NCBI GenBank assembly: GCA_965279525.1
Contig: CBDIIB010000003.1
Location: forward strand, 224,001 to 288,000
Source: Tagaea sp.
GTDB taxonomy: Bacteria; Pseudomonadota; Alphaproteobacteria; CACIAM-22H2
Length of the DNA stretch: 64,000 bases
Direction: 5' to 3'
Shown here one piece after another: positions 26,694 through 35,939 of this stretch (position 1 is its first letter; each line of letters begins with the position of its first letter). The position numbers were made by a program, and so were the translations under genes. The notes beneath the pieces are model-generated. The model was given only the letters and a program-made list of their open reading frames with translations. It ran no database searches and had not been told where the DNA came from.

Positions 26694-27791
26694 GTGCAGA
26701 AGGTCGGAATCGGCATCATCGGATGCGGCGTGATCAGCGCCGCCTACATCAAGGCGTCAAAGAACTTCCCGATCCTCGAGATCCGGGGCGTGGCCGACAT
26801 GCGCACCGAGGCCGCCGAGAAACGCGCGGCGGAATTTGGCCTGACGGCCATGCGCATCGACCAGATGCTGAAACGCGACGACATCGACATCGTCGTCAAC
26901 CTGACCGTCCCGCTCGCGCACACCGACGTCGATCTGGTGGCGCTGAAGGCCGGCAAGCACGTCTATTCGGAAAAGCCGCTCGGCGTTAACCTCGTCGAGG
27001 CGAAGAAGGTGATGGATCTTGCCAACGAGAAGGGGCTGCGCGTCGGCTGCGCGCCCGACACGTTCCTGGGCGGCGGCCACCAGACGGCGCGCGCCCTGAT
27101 CGACCAGGGCGCCATCGGCACGCCGGTCGCCGGCAGCGCCTTCTTCATGTGCCCTGGGCACGAGCGCTGGCATCCGGCCCCCGGCTTCTACTACTTGCGC
27201 GGCGGCGGGCCGATGCTCGACATGGGCCCCTATTACATCACCGATCTCGTCCAGCTGCTCGGGCCCGTGGCGAGCGTGATGGGATCGACCGCGCGCCCGC
27301 GCGAGCAGCGCATGATCACGAGCGAGCCGCTCAAGGGCACGATGATGCCGGTCGAGGTGTCGACCCATGTGGCCGGCATGCTCGAGTTCCGCAACGGCGC
27401 CGTCATCACGATCGCGATGAGCTTCGACGTGCCCAAGCACCGGCACACGCCGATCGAGATCTACGGCGACAAGGGCGCCATCCTCGTGCCGGACCCCAAC
27501 CGCTTCGGCGGCGAGGTATCGGTCGCGAAGACCGGCGGCGACTGGGAAGTCCAGCCGCACACGCACGGCTATACCGAAGGTGAATTCCGCTCCATCGGGA
27601 TCGCCGACATGGCGACGGGCCTGCGCGCCAATCGGCCGCACCGGGCGAACGGCGCGCTGGCGTTCCACGTGCTGGAGGTGATGGAAGCCTTCCAGAAATC
27701 GTCCGACGAAGGTCGGCGCGTCAAGATCGAGAGCACGGTCGAGCGGCCTGCGGCACTTGCCGCCGGGCTCTCGAGCGGCAAGCTGGAGTAG
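26694..27791 (+). CDS. Gfo/Idh/MocA family oxidoreductase
   Basis: GTG start; GIIGCGVIS, GKHVYSEKP, GCAPDTFLG, GGPMLDMGPYY. Confidence 0.92.
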   Translation: MQKVGIGIIGCGVISAAYIKASKNFPILEIRGVADMRTEAAEKRAAEFGLTAMRIDQMLKRDDIDIVVNLTVPLAHTDVDLVALKAGKHVYSEKPLGVNLVEAKKVMDLANEKGLRVGCAPDTFLGGGHQTARALIDQGAIGTPVAGSAFFMCPGHERWHPAPGFYYLRGGGPMLDMGPYYITDLVQLLGPVASVMGSTARPREQRMITSEPLKGTMMPVEVSTHVAGMLEFRNGAVITIAMSFDVPKHRHTPIEIYGDKGAILVPDPNRFGGEVSVAKTGGDWEVQPHTHGYTEGEFRSIGIADMATGLRANRPHRANGALAFHVLEVMEAFQKSSDEGRRVKIESTVERPAALAAGLSSGKLE

Positions 27792-27796
27792 GGCGG

Positions 27797-28453
27797 ATGG
27801 CACAGAAGAAACCGAGCGCGATGATCGTCTGGGGCGGCTGGAACGGCCATGACCCGGACCTTTGCGCGTCGATCTACCGGACCTGGCTGACGGCGGCCGG
27901 CTACGACGTGCGCGTCGAGACGACGACGGCCGCCTTCGCCGACCCGGCGATCCACGAGCTGTCGCTGATCGTGCCGATCTACACGATGTCGAAGATCGAG
28001 AAGGCCGAGGCGCTGAACCTGTGCGCGGCGGTGCAGGGCGGGGTGGGGCTCGCGGGCCATCACGGCGGCATGTGCGACGCGTTCCGCGATTCGGTCGAGT
28101 ACCAGTTCATGTGCGGCGGCCAGTGGGTGGCGCATCCGGGCAACATCATCGATTTCCGCGTCAACGTGACCAGGCCCGACGATCCGGTGATGCAGGGCCT
28201 GACGGATTTCGACTACCGGTCGGAGCATTATTACATGCATGTCGATCCGGCCATCGAAGTGCTGGCGACGACGAAGTTCTCGGGCGAGCATGCGCCGTGG
28301 GTGGAAGGCGTGGTGATGCCGGTCGTGTGGAAGAAGCGTTTCGGCAAGGGCCGCGTGTTCTATTGCACGCTCGGCCACCGGGCGTACGAGCTCGACATCC
28401 CCGAGATGAAGCAGATCATGACCCGCGGGATGGCGTGGGCGGCGCGCACGTGA
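27797..28453 (+). CDS. ThuA-like (class I glutamine amidotransferase-like fold) protein
   Basis: VWGGWNGHDP, GLAGHHGG, GGQWVAHPG, SEHYYMHVDP, GRVFYCTLGH. Confidence 0.88.
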   Translation: MAQKKPSAMIVWGGWNGHDPDLCASIYRTWLTAAGYDVRVETTTAAFADPAIHELSLIVPIYTMSKIEKAEALNLCAAVQGGVGLAGHHGGMCDAFRDSVEYQFMCGGQWVAHPGNIIDFRVNVTRPDDPVMQGLTDFDYRSEHYYMHVDPAIEVLATTKFSGEHAPWVEGVVMPVVWKKRFGKGRVFYCTLGHRAYELDIPEMKQIMTRGMAWAART

Positions 28454-28455
28454 GA

Positions 28456-29499
28456 ATGCAGGCGTCAAACCCGGTCGCGAAGGTCACGCTCGAGGACGTC
28501 GCGCGCGAGGCCGGCGTATCGCTTGCGACCGCCGACCGGGTGGTCAACAAGCGGCCGGGCGTGCGCGACCGGACGGTCGTGCGCGTCGAGACCGCGGTCG
28601 TCAAGCTCGGCTACCGGCCGGACCTGGCCGCGGCCCGGCTCGCGCGCAACAAGAGCTTCCGTTTCGCCTTCATCCTGCCGGTCGGTGACAACACCTTCAT
28701 GACGGATCTTGCCGAGCAGGTCCGCCAGTCGACGGCGTGGCTCGCGGCCCAGCGCGCCTTCGTCGACACGCTGCATGTCGACGTCTTCGATCCCGACGTG
28801 ATCGGGCGTGCGCTCGAAGACCTTCCGCCGGTCTATGACGGCGTGGCCGTCGTCGCCCTCGACCATCCGCGCGTGCGCATCGCGATCGACGATCTGGTCG
28901 CGCGCGGCGTCAATGTCGTGACACTCGTTTCCGACGTGCCGGCCTCGCGGCGCCTGCACTATGTCGGTATCGACAATCCGGCAGCCGGCCGCACCGCCGG
29001 CACGCTGATGGGAAAGTATCTGCGCGGGCGGACCGGCAAGATCGGCGTCGTGGCCGGCTCGCTGGCCCTGCGCGACCACGCGGAACGGCATTTCGGTTTC
29101 AACCAGGTCCTGTCCGGCGAGCATCCGGGCCTGTCGGTCCTGCCCGTCCTCGAAGGGCGCGACGACAGCGCGTTGACGCGCCCGATGACGGAAAAGCTGC
29201 TGGCCGAACATCCGGACATCATCGGGCTCTACAATGTCGGGGCCGGCAACCGCGGCATCGCGGCGGCGCTCGAAGCATCGGGGCGTGCCAGCGACGTCGT
29301 ATGGATCGCGCATGAACTGACGCCCCACACGCGTCGCTTTGTCGTGCGCGGCGTGCTCGACACGATCATCAGCCAGAATGCCGGGCACGAGGCGCGCTCG
29401 GCCGGCCGGGTCCTGCTGGCCCATTGCAGCGGCGACCCGATCCTTGCCGATCAGGAGACGATCCGGATCGACATCTTCGTGCGCGACAACCTGCCCTAG
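28456..29499 (+). CDS. LacI-family transcriptional regulator
   Basis: TLEDVAREAGVSLATADRVVN HTH plus periplasmic-binding-fold sensor (YVGIDNPAAGRTAG). Confidence 0.95.
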   Translation: MQASNPVAKVTLEDVAREAGVSLATADRVVNKRPGVRDRTVVRVETAVVKLGYRPDLAAARLARNKSFRFAFILPVGDNTFMTDLAEQVRQSTAWLAAQRAFVDTLHVDVFDPDVIGRALEDLPPVYDGVAVVALDHPRVRIAIDDLVARGVNVVTLVSDVPASRRLHYVGIDNPAAGRTAGTLMGKYLRGRTGKIGVVAGSLALRDHAERHFGFNQVLSGEHPGLSVLPVLEGRDDSALTRPMTEKLLAEHPDIIGLYNVGAGNRGIAAALEASGRASDVVWIAHELTPHTRRFVVRGVLDTIISQNAGHEARSAGRVLLAHCSGDPILADQETIRIDIFVRDNLP

Positions 29500-29502
29500 C
29501 CG

Positions 29503-30522
29503 TCAGGCGGCGGGCAGAATCTGCGGCTGGCCGGACCGGGCGCTCTTGAGGATCGCCTCGAGCGTCGCCGCGATGTCGACCGACTCCCCGGGCGTGGCAC
29601 CCGTCCAGTGCGCGGGACCGCGCACGATCATCTCGCGGAATGATTCGGCTTCCGCGAGGAAGCCGTTGCCGCCGGCCAGCTCGATCGTCTCGATCGCGTC
29701 GGTGACCTTCGTGCCGCGACGGATCTGCACGGTCGGCGGCCCGCCGACCGGCGGGTGGTTGAGATAGGTCGTCTCGATCGTCCCCCCATCGCCCGAGACC
29801 AGCGCATGGCGGTGATAGCCGGTCGCGAAGCTGCAGGAGACCTGCGCCAGCAGGCCGCCCGCGAACTCGAGCGTGGCCACCGTCGTGTTGTCGACACCCG
29901 TTTCGGTCCATTGTGCCGTGGCACTGACGCGCTCGGGCCGCGCGCCCGCCACCAGGCGGACGAGGCTGACCGCGTAGCTGCCAGCATCCAGAAGTGCGCC
30001 GCCGCCGACATCGGGCTTCAGGCGGATGTTCGATGGATCGGTGAAATTGACGCCGAAGCTGGAGCGGATCAGCCGGATTTTGCCGATGGCGCCGGCTGCG
30101 ACCAGTTCGGCCAGCTTCCGCGTCTGCGGCTGCGCGCGATAGGGATAGGCCTCGACGAGATGGACCTTGTGCTTGCGTGCCGCGGCGAACATCGCGACCG
30201 CCTCGGCCTCGCCCATCGCCAGCGGCTTCTCGCACAGCACGTGCTTGCCGGCCTCGGCCGCCCGGATCGACCATTCGGCATGCAGGGTGTTGGGCAACGG
30301 GTTGTAGACCGCATCGATCGCCGGATCGGCAAGCAGCGCTTCATACGATCCGAGTGCTTGGGCGATGCCGGTTTCGCTCGCGAAACGTTGCGCTTTCGCG
30401 AGGTCGCGGCTGGCGACCGTGGTGACCTTGACGGTCTTCGACGGGGCGACGCCCGCGATGAAGGCCCGGGCGATCGCCGCAGCACCGAGAATTCCGATCC
30501 GGAGGGGAGGTGTGTCTGCCAT
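29503..30522 (-). CDS. Gfo/Idh/MocA family oxidoreductase
   Basis: IGILGAAAIA, YNPLPNTLH, GKHVLCEKP, GGGALLDAGSY. Confidence 0.92.
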   Translation of the reverse strand: MADTPPLRIGILGAAAIARAFIAGVAPSKTVKVTTVASRDLAKAQRFASETGIAQALGSYEALLADPAIDAVYNPLPNTLHAEWSIRAAEAGKHVLCEKPLAMGEAEAVAMFAAARKHKVHLVEAYPYRAQPQTRKLAELVAAGAIGKIRLIRSSFGVNFTDPSNIRLKPDVGGGALLDAGSYAVSLVRLVAGARPERVSATAQWTETGVDNTTVATLEFAGGLLAQVSCSFATGYHRHALVSGDGGTIETTYLNHPPVGGPPTVQIRRGTKVTDAIETIELAGGNGFLAEAESFREMIVRGPAHWTGATPGESVDIAATLEAILKSARSGQPQILPAA

Positions 30523-30608
30523 GCATCCAGCCTACACGATGTTGCATTGGCGTCGATACGTTCGCACAATGCGCCCGGACCGCGAGGGCAGCGCATGATG
30601 GACGGCGA

Positions 30609-31805
30609 ATGACGACGAACGATGTTCTGCCCGTGCTGGTTGCCGGCGGCGGCATCGGCGGCCTCGCGGCAGCGCTGGCGCTGGTGCGCCGCGGTTTTCC
30701 GGTGAAAGTGCTCGAACAATCGCCCGAGATCGGCGAGATCGGGGCCGGCATCCAGCTTGGCCCCAACGCGTTCGCGGCACTCGACGCGCTGGGCGTGGGC
30801 GCAAATGCGCGCGCTCGTGCGGTCTATACCGACTACATGGTCATGCATGACGCGATCGACGAATCCCGGGTCGGCCTGATCCCGACCGGCGACGCGTTCC
30901 GCGCCCGGTTCGGCAATCCTTATGCGGTCATCCACCGGATGGACGTGCACATGTCGCTGCTCGAAGGCGTCAAGGCGACGGGTCGGGTCGAGTTCCTGAC
31001 GTCGACCCGCGTCGAACGCGTCGAACAGGACGATGGCGGCGTGACGGCCTGGGACCGGTCGGGCCAGGCACATCGCGGTTCGGCGCTGGTCGGCGCCGAC
31101 GGCGTCAAGTCGGTCGTCCGCCAGCAATATGTCGGCGATCCCGCGCGCGTGACCGGCCATGTCGTCTACCGCGCTGTCGTCGACAAGGACGCGTTCCCGG
31201 CCGACCTGCGCTGGAACGCGGCCAGTATCTGGGTCGGTCCGAACTGCCATCTCGTGCATTATCCATTGCGCGGCGGCGAGCAATACAACGTCGTCGTCAC
31301 GTTCCACAGCCGCAAGCAGGAGGAATGGAGTGTCACCGACGGAAGTGCCGAGGAGGTCCGCAGCTATTTCGCCGAGGTCTGCCCGAAGGCACGCCAGCTC
31401 ATCGAGCTTCCCAAAAGCTGGCGGCGCTGGGCGACCGCCGACCGCGATCCGATCGGCCGCTGGAGCTTCGGCCGGGCCACGCTGCTGGGGGATGCCGCCC
31501 ACCCGACCACGCAATACATGGCGCAGGGGGCCTGCATGGCGTTGGAAGACGCCGTGACGCTGGGAGAGGCGCTGCGCGCGACCGGCGACGATCCCGTGGT
31601 GGCCTTCGATCTCTATCAGCGCTCGCGGATCGCGCGCACGGCGCGCATCGTGCTGTCGTCGCGCGAGATGGGCCGTCTCTATCATGCCAGCGGCGTCGAG
31701 CGGCTCGTGCGCAACGAATTCTGGAAGGACCGGACGCCCGAGCGCTTCTACGACGCGCTCGAATGGCTTTATGGCTGGAAAGTCGAGACCTGCCTGGCCC
31801 GCTGA
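30609..31805 (+). CDS. 3-hydroxybenzoate 6-monooxygenase-like flavoprotein
   Basis: VAGGGIGG, EIGAGIQLGPNAF, RFGNPYAVIHR, GADG, GDAAHPTTQYMAQGACMALED, ERFYDALEWLYGW. Confidence 0.88.
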   Translation: MTTNDVLPVLVAGGGIGGLAAALALVRRGFPVKVLEQSPEIGEIGAGIQLGPNAFAALDALGVGANARARAVYTDYMVMHDAIDESRVGLIPTGDAFRARFGNPYAVIHRMDVHMSLLEGVKATGRVEFLTSTRVERVEQDDGGVTAWDRSGQAHRGSALVGADGVKSVVRQQYVGDPARVTGHVVYRAVVDKDAFPADLRWNAASIWVGPNCHLVHYPLRGGEQYNVVVTFHSRKQEEWSVTDGSAEEVRSYFAEVCPKARQLIELPKSWRRWATADRDPIGRWSFGRATLLGDAAHPTTQYMAQGACMALEDAVTLGEALRATGDDPVVAFDLYQRSRIARTARIVLSSREMGRLYHASGVERLVRNEFWKDRTPERFYDALEWLYGWKVETCLAR

Positions 31806-31891
31806 GCGACCGTTTCCTTGACCACGACTCCCCGCAGAAGCTGTACGATGCCGCCAGGTAGAACCGCCGCCCCTCTTGAGGAGAAGTCCAC

Positions 31892-32704
31892 GTGACGAAA
31901 CGGATGCTTGCCGGACAGGTTGCGCTCGTGACCGGTGCCGGGCGTGGCCTTGGCCGGGCCTTCGCCGAACGCCTTGCTTCACTCGGCTGCGACGTTGCAG
32001 TGCACGGCATGCGCGAGAACGGCCCTTCGGAATATGGCGGCACCCAGACGCTGACCGAGGTGGCCGAAGCGATCGGCAAGACGCACGGCGTGCGCACGGT
32101 GCGCAAGCTTGCCGATCTGACTCAAATGGCCGAGGTCGAGCGCACGGTCGCCGAGGCGACGGCCGAACTCGGTCCCATCGACATCCTCGTCCACAATGCC
32201 GGCGGCGACATCGCGGCACGCGGCGGCAAGCCCGACCCCAACGACGTGGTGAACATCTCCGAGGCCGACGTGCGCGCCGTGCTCGACCGCAACCTGCTGA
32301 GCACCGTGTTCGTCTGCCAGGTCGTCGCGCGCGGGATGATGGCGCGCCGGCGCGGACGGATCGTCACGCTGGGTTCGGTCGCCGCGTTCAAGGGCCGTAC
32401 GAACGGCGCCATCTATGCCACGTCCAAGGCCGGCGCCTTGCAGTTCACGCGCTGCCTTGCCGACCAGCTGCGCCCCTACGACGTGACCGCCAACGTCATC
32501 GCACCCGGCGACACGCGCACCGAACGCTTCCTCAACACCCGCGCGGTCGACCCGACGCGTCTTGTCGAAACCGGCACGCTCGACCGGATCGGGACGGTGG
32601 ACGAAGTGGCGCGGGTGGTTGAGTTCTTCGCCGGCCCGCTGGGCGCGTTCGTGTCGGGGCAGGTGATCCGCGTCGACGGCGGCGGGCAGACCTGGCCCGG
32701 CTGA
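31892..32704 (+). CDS. SDR family oxidoreductase
   Basis: TGAGRGLG, HNAG, YATSK, VSGQVIRVDGG. Confidence 0.92.
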   Translation: MTKRMLAGQVALVTGAGRGLGRAFAERLASLGCDVAVHGMRENGPSEYGGTQTLTEVAEAIGKTHGVRTVRKLADLTQMAEVERTVAEATAELGPIDILVHNAGGDIAARGGKPDPNDVVNISEADVRAVLDRNLLSTVFVCQVVARGMMARRRGRIVTLGSVAAFKGRTNGAIYATSKAGALQFTRCLADQLRPYDVTANVIAPGDTRTERFLNTRAVDPTRLVETGTLDRIGTVDEVARVVEFFAGPLGAFVSGQVIRVDGGGQTWPG

Positions 32705-32763
32705 CGGGCTTCCGGCCGACCCCGCTTCGCGCTATCGTGCCGGAAATATCCCGGGAGAAAGCC

Positions 32764-33795
32764 ATGCGCGCCGTCGTCATCCACGCCCCGAAGGACCTGC
32801 GGATCGACACCCTGGCAGCCGTGCCGCCGGGTGCCGGCGACGTCAAGGTGCGCATCGGGGCGGGCGGCATCTGCGGCTCCGACCTGCACTATTACCATCA
32901 CGGCGGTTTCGGCACGGTGCGCATCAAGCAGCCGATGACGCTGGGCCACGAGATTTCGGGCACGATCGACGAGGTCGGCGCGGGGGTGAAGCACCTGCGG
33001 CCGGGCATGCGCGTGGCGGTCAACCCGAGCCGGCCCTGCTACGAATGCAAGTATTGCCATCAGGGCCTGCACAACCACTGCCTCGACATGCGCTTCTTCG
33101 GCAGTGCCATGCGCTTTCCCCACGTGCAGGGCGGATTCAGCGAAAGCGTGACCGTGGACGCAAGTCAGGCGATCCCCATTCCGGACAGCCTGAGCCTTGG
33201 CGAGGCGGCGATGGCCGAGCCGCTGTCGGTGTGCCTGCACGCGGCCAAACAGGCCGGGCCGCTGTTCGGCAAGCGCGTGCTGGTCACCGGCTGCGGACCG
33301 ATCGGAGCGCTTGCTGTCCTCGTCGCACGCACGGCCGGGGCGGCCGAGCTCGTCGCGACCGACGTGGCAAGCCAGCCGCTGGCGACCGCGAAGAAGCTGG
33401 GCGCCACGCGCGCGATCAATCCGGTCACCGAGCCCGATGCGCTCACCCCCTATGCCGCCGACAAGGGCACGTTCGACGTGCTGTTCGAGGCGTCGGGCAA
33501 CGAGGCGGCCCTGCGCGGGGCCATCGATCTCGTCCGGCCGGGCGGAACGATCGTGCAGATCGGCGTGGGCGGCGACATGAAGCTGCCGATGAACGTGATC
33601 GTTGCCAAGGAGATCAACCTTCGCGGCACGTTCCGGTTCCACGCGGAGTTCGAACTTGCCGTCGAGATGATGGGCAACGGGCTGATCGACGTGAAGCCGG
33701 TGATTTCCGATTCGATTCCATTCACCGACGCGATCGCCGCCTTCGAACTGGCGAGCGATCGCAACAAGGCGATGAAGGTCCAGCTCGTTTTCTAG
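32764..33795 (+). CDS. idnD: L-idonate 5-dehydrogenase-like Zn alcohol dehydrogenase
   Basis: GGICGSDLHYY, LGHE, structural Zn Cys cluster, MRFFGSAMRFPHVQGGF, GTFRFHAEF, MKVQLVF. Confidence 0.85.
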   Translation: MRAVVIHAPKDLRIDTLAAVPPGAGDVKVRIGAGGICGSDLHYYHHGGFGTVRIKQPMTLGHEISGTIDEVGAGVKHLRPGMRVAVNPSRPCYECKYCHQGLHNHCLDMRFFGSAMRFPHVQGGFSESVTVDASQAIPIPDSLSLGEAAMAEPLSVCLHAAKQAGPLFGKRVLVTGCGPIGALAVLVARTAGAAELVATDVASQPLATAKKLGATRAINPVTEPDALTPYAADKGTFDVLFEASGNEAALRGAIDLVRPGGTIVQIGVGGDMKLPMNVIVAKEINLRGTFRFHAEFELAVEMMGNGLIDVKPVISDSIPFTDAIAAFELASDRNKAMKVQLVF

Positions 33796-34521
33796 CTAGC
33801 GGCCCAGCGACAGGCGTGCGGCAAGCGCTTCGGGGAGTCCAGCGGCGCGGATCCTGGCGGCCGCGGCCGCGATGTTGTAGCCGACGCGCACGCCACGAAG
33901 CTCCAACGTGTCCGTGTCGTAGAGCGCGTAGGCCGCCGCCGGGTTGCGGTCGCGCGGCTGGCCGACCGAACCGATCACCGCCAGCCACCGCCGGTCGCTC
34001 GAAAGTCTCGCCGGCGTTTCGTCCGCCAACGGTCCGCCGCCGCGCTCGTCGAACAGCATCGGCATATGCACGTGGCCGCAGAACGTGATGCGCTGGCGCG
34101 TGGCGGCGAGGCTCGCCGCTGCCATGACCTCATCCTCGACATAACGCCATCTGGCCGGCGCCGACGCGTCGGCATGGACATAGAGACGGTCTTCTTCCTC
34201 GACGGCCAGCGGAAGGCCGGCGAGGAATGCGCTCGCCGCCGCGTCGAGCCGGCCGCGGGTCCAGTCGATGGCGCGACGCGCAATGTCGTTCATGCCGCCG
34301 CGTTCGGTCCCGATCGCGCGGTCGTGATTGCCGGCGATGGCGACGGCCCCGTCCGCGACATGTTCCATCACGGTCGCGACAACCCATTCGGGATTGGCGC
34401 CATAGCCGACGAAGTCGCCCAGAAAGACATGGCGTTCGACCCCCGCCGCGCGCGCGTGGGCAAGGCATGCCGCAAAGGCCTCGCGATTGGCATGGATGTC
34501 GCTCATCAGCGCGATGCGCAT
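33796..34521 (-). CDS. Metallophosphoesterase (calcineurin-like)
   Basis: SDIHAN, LGDFVGYG, GNHD, FCGHVH, GSVGQPRD. Confidence 0.92.
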   Translation of the reverse strand: MRIALMSDIHANREAFAACLAHARAAGVERHVFLGDFVGYGANPEWVVATVMEHVADGAVAIAGNHDRAIGTERGGMNDIARRAIDWTRGRLDAAASAFLAGLPLAVEEEDRLYVHADASAPARWRYVEDEVMAAASLAATRQRITFCGHVHMPMLFDERGGGPLADETPARLSSDRRWLAVIGSVGQPRDRNPAAAYALYDTDTLELRGVRVGYNIAAAAARIRAAGLPEALAARLSLGR

Positions 34522-34715
34522 GCCCGGACAGTGCCGGCCGCTGCCGCCGAGCGTCAAGGCGCCGCAATTCCGCCGTGTTCGGGCCCGGTAATGGCCGGTT
34601 ACCGATTGAAACAGAACGATTCTCGGGCCAACTTCGAACTCGCGTACTATCTGTCTGGAAGGCGGCCCGGACGATGCGGACCGCCGGGCCCCGAATCTGG
34701 AGTTTTCTGACGACA

Positions 34716-35939
34716 ATGCGCGCGCGCACATTCTTCATCGGACTGGCTCTCGTGCTGGCGGCCGGCGCCGGTCTGTGGAAGGCAATGGACTATCCGTTGC
34801 CATTCGCGGGCGCTTCGGCGCCGACCGTCGCGGCCGGGCCAGCCGGCGCGCGCCGGCCCGGTGCCGGTGCGCCGGCACCGGTCGTGCGCGTGGCGGCTGC
34901 CCGTGCGGGCGAGCTGCCGATCCTGCTCGACGCGCTCGGCACGGCGCAGGCCTACAACTCGGTCGTGGTTTCCAGCCGCGTCGACGGCCAACTCGTGAAA
35001 CTGAATTTCCGAGAGGGGCAGGACGTCAAGGAAGGCGACCTGCTCGCCCAGGTCGATCCGCGCACCTATCAGGCACAGCTCGACCAGGCGCTTGCCAAGC
35101 GCGCGCAGGACCAGGCACAGCTCGACAACGCCAAGCGCGATCTCGAACGGTACGGCGCACTGGTCAAGCAGAACTACGCGAGCGGCCAGCAGTTCGACAC
35201 CGCGCGCGCCCAGGTGGCGCAGATCGAGGCGACGCTGAAGGCCGACGACGCGGCGATCTCGGCCGCGCGCATCCTGCTCTCCTACACCAACATCGTCGCA
35301 CCCATTTCCGGCCGTCTCGGCTTCCGCCAGGTCGACGCGGGCAACATCGTGCGCGCGAACGACACGACCGGCATCGTCGTCATCACGCAGCTCCAGCCCG
35401 TCAGCGTTGTCTTCACGCTGCCCCAGCAGCGCCTTCCCGACATCGCCGGAAAGATGCGTGCGGGCGAGAAACTCGAAGTGCGCGCCATGCGCGCCGACGG
35501 CACGGCGCTGGATACCGGCACGGTCGAGTTCGTCGACAACCAGGTCGATCCGGCGACCGGCACCATCAAGCTGAAGGCCGTGTTCCCCAACGCGGCGCTG
35601 GAACTGTGGCCGGGCAGCTTCGTCAATATCCGCCTGCGTCTTGGCACGGTACGCGACGCCATCCTGATCCCGTCTTCGGCCGTGCAATACGGGCCGGACG
35701 GGCCGTTCGCGTTCGTGGTCGGCACCGACCTGACCGCGCAGGTACGTCCGATCCGGCCGGTCCAGTCCGAGGGTGACGTGACCGCGATCGCCAGCGGGCT
35801 TCGCGAAGGCGAGCGCGTCGTGCTCGGCGGGCAGGACCGCCTGCGCGCGGGCACGGCCGTGACGGTCGCCGGCGAAAGCGAGCCGGGGGCAGGACGGCCC
35901 GGTGGCGGTGGCGGTGCCGGTCGCCGTCCCACACCATGA
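34716..35939 (+). CDS. mdtA: RND efflux membrane fusion protein (MdtA-like)
   Basis: N-terminal TM, SRVDGQL, APISGRLG, DNQVDPATGTIKLKA. Confidence 0.9.
   Translation: MRARTFFIGLALVLAAGAGLWKAMDYPLPFAGASAPTVAAGPAGARRPGAGAPAPVVRVAAARAGELPILLDALGTAQAYNSVVVSSRVDGQLVKLNFREGQDVKEGDLLAQVDPRTYQAQLDQALAKRAQDQAQLDNAKRDLERYGALVKQNYASGQQFDTARAQVAQIEATLKADDAAISAARILLSYTNIVAPISGRLGFRQVDAGNIVRANDTTGIVVITQLQPVSVVFTLPQQRLPDIAGKMRAGEKLEVRAMRADGTALDTGTVEFVDNQVDPATGTIKLKAVFPNAALELWPGSFVNIRLRLGTVRDAILIPSSAVQYGPDGPFAFVVGTDLTAQVRPIRPVQSEGDVTAIASGLREGERVVLGGQDRLRAGTAVTVAGESEPGAGRPGGGGGAGRRPTP

Noticed and set aside
33796-34521. Metallophosphoesterase as a defence-system component
   Set aside because: Solitary gene with host-like composition and no neighbouring defence-type genes.
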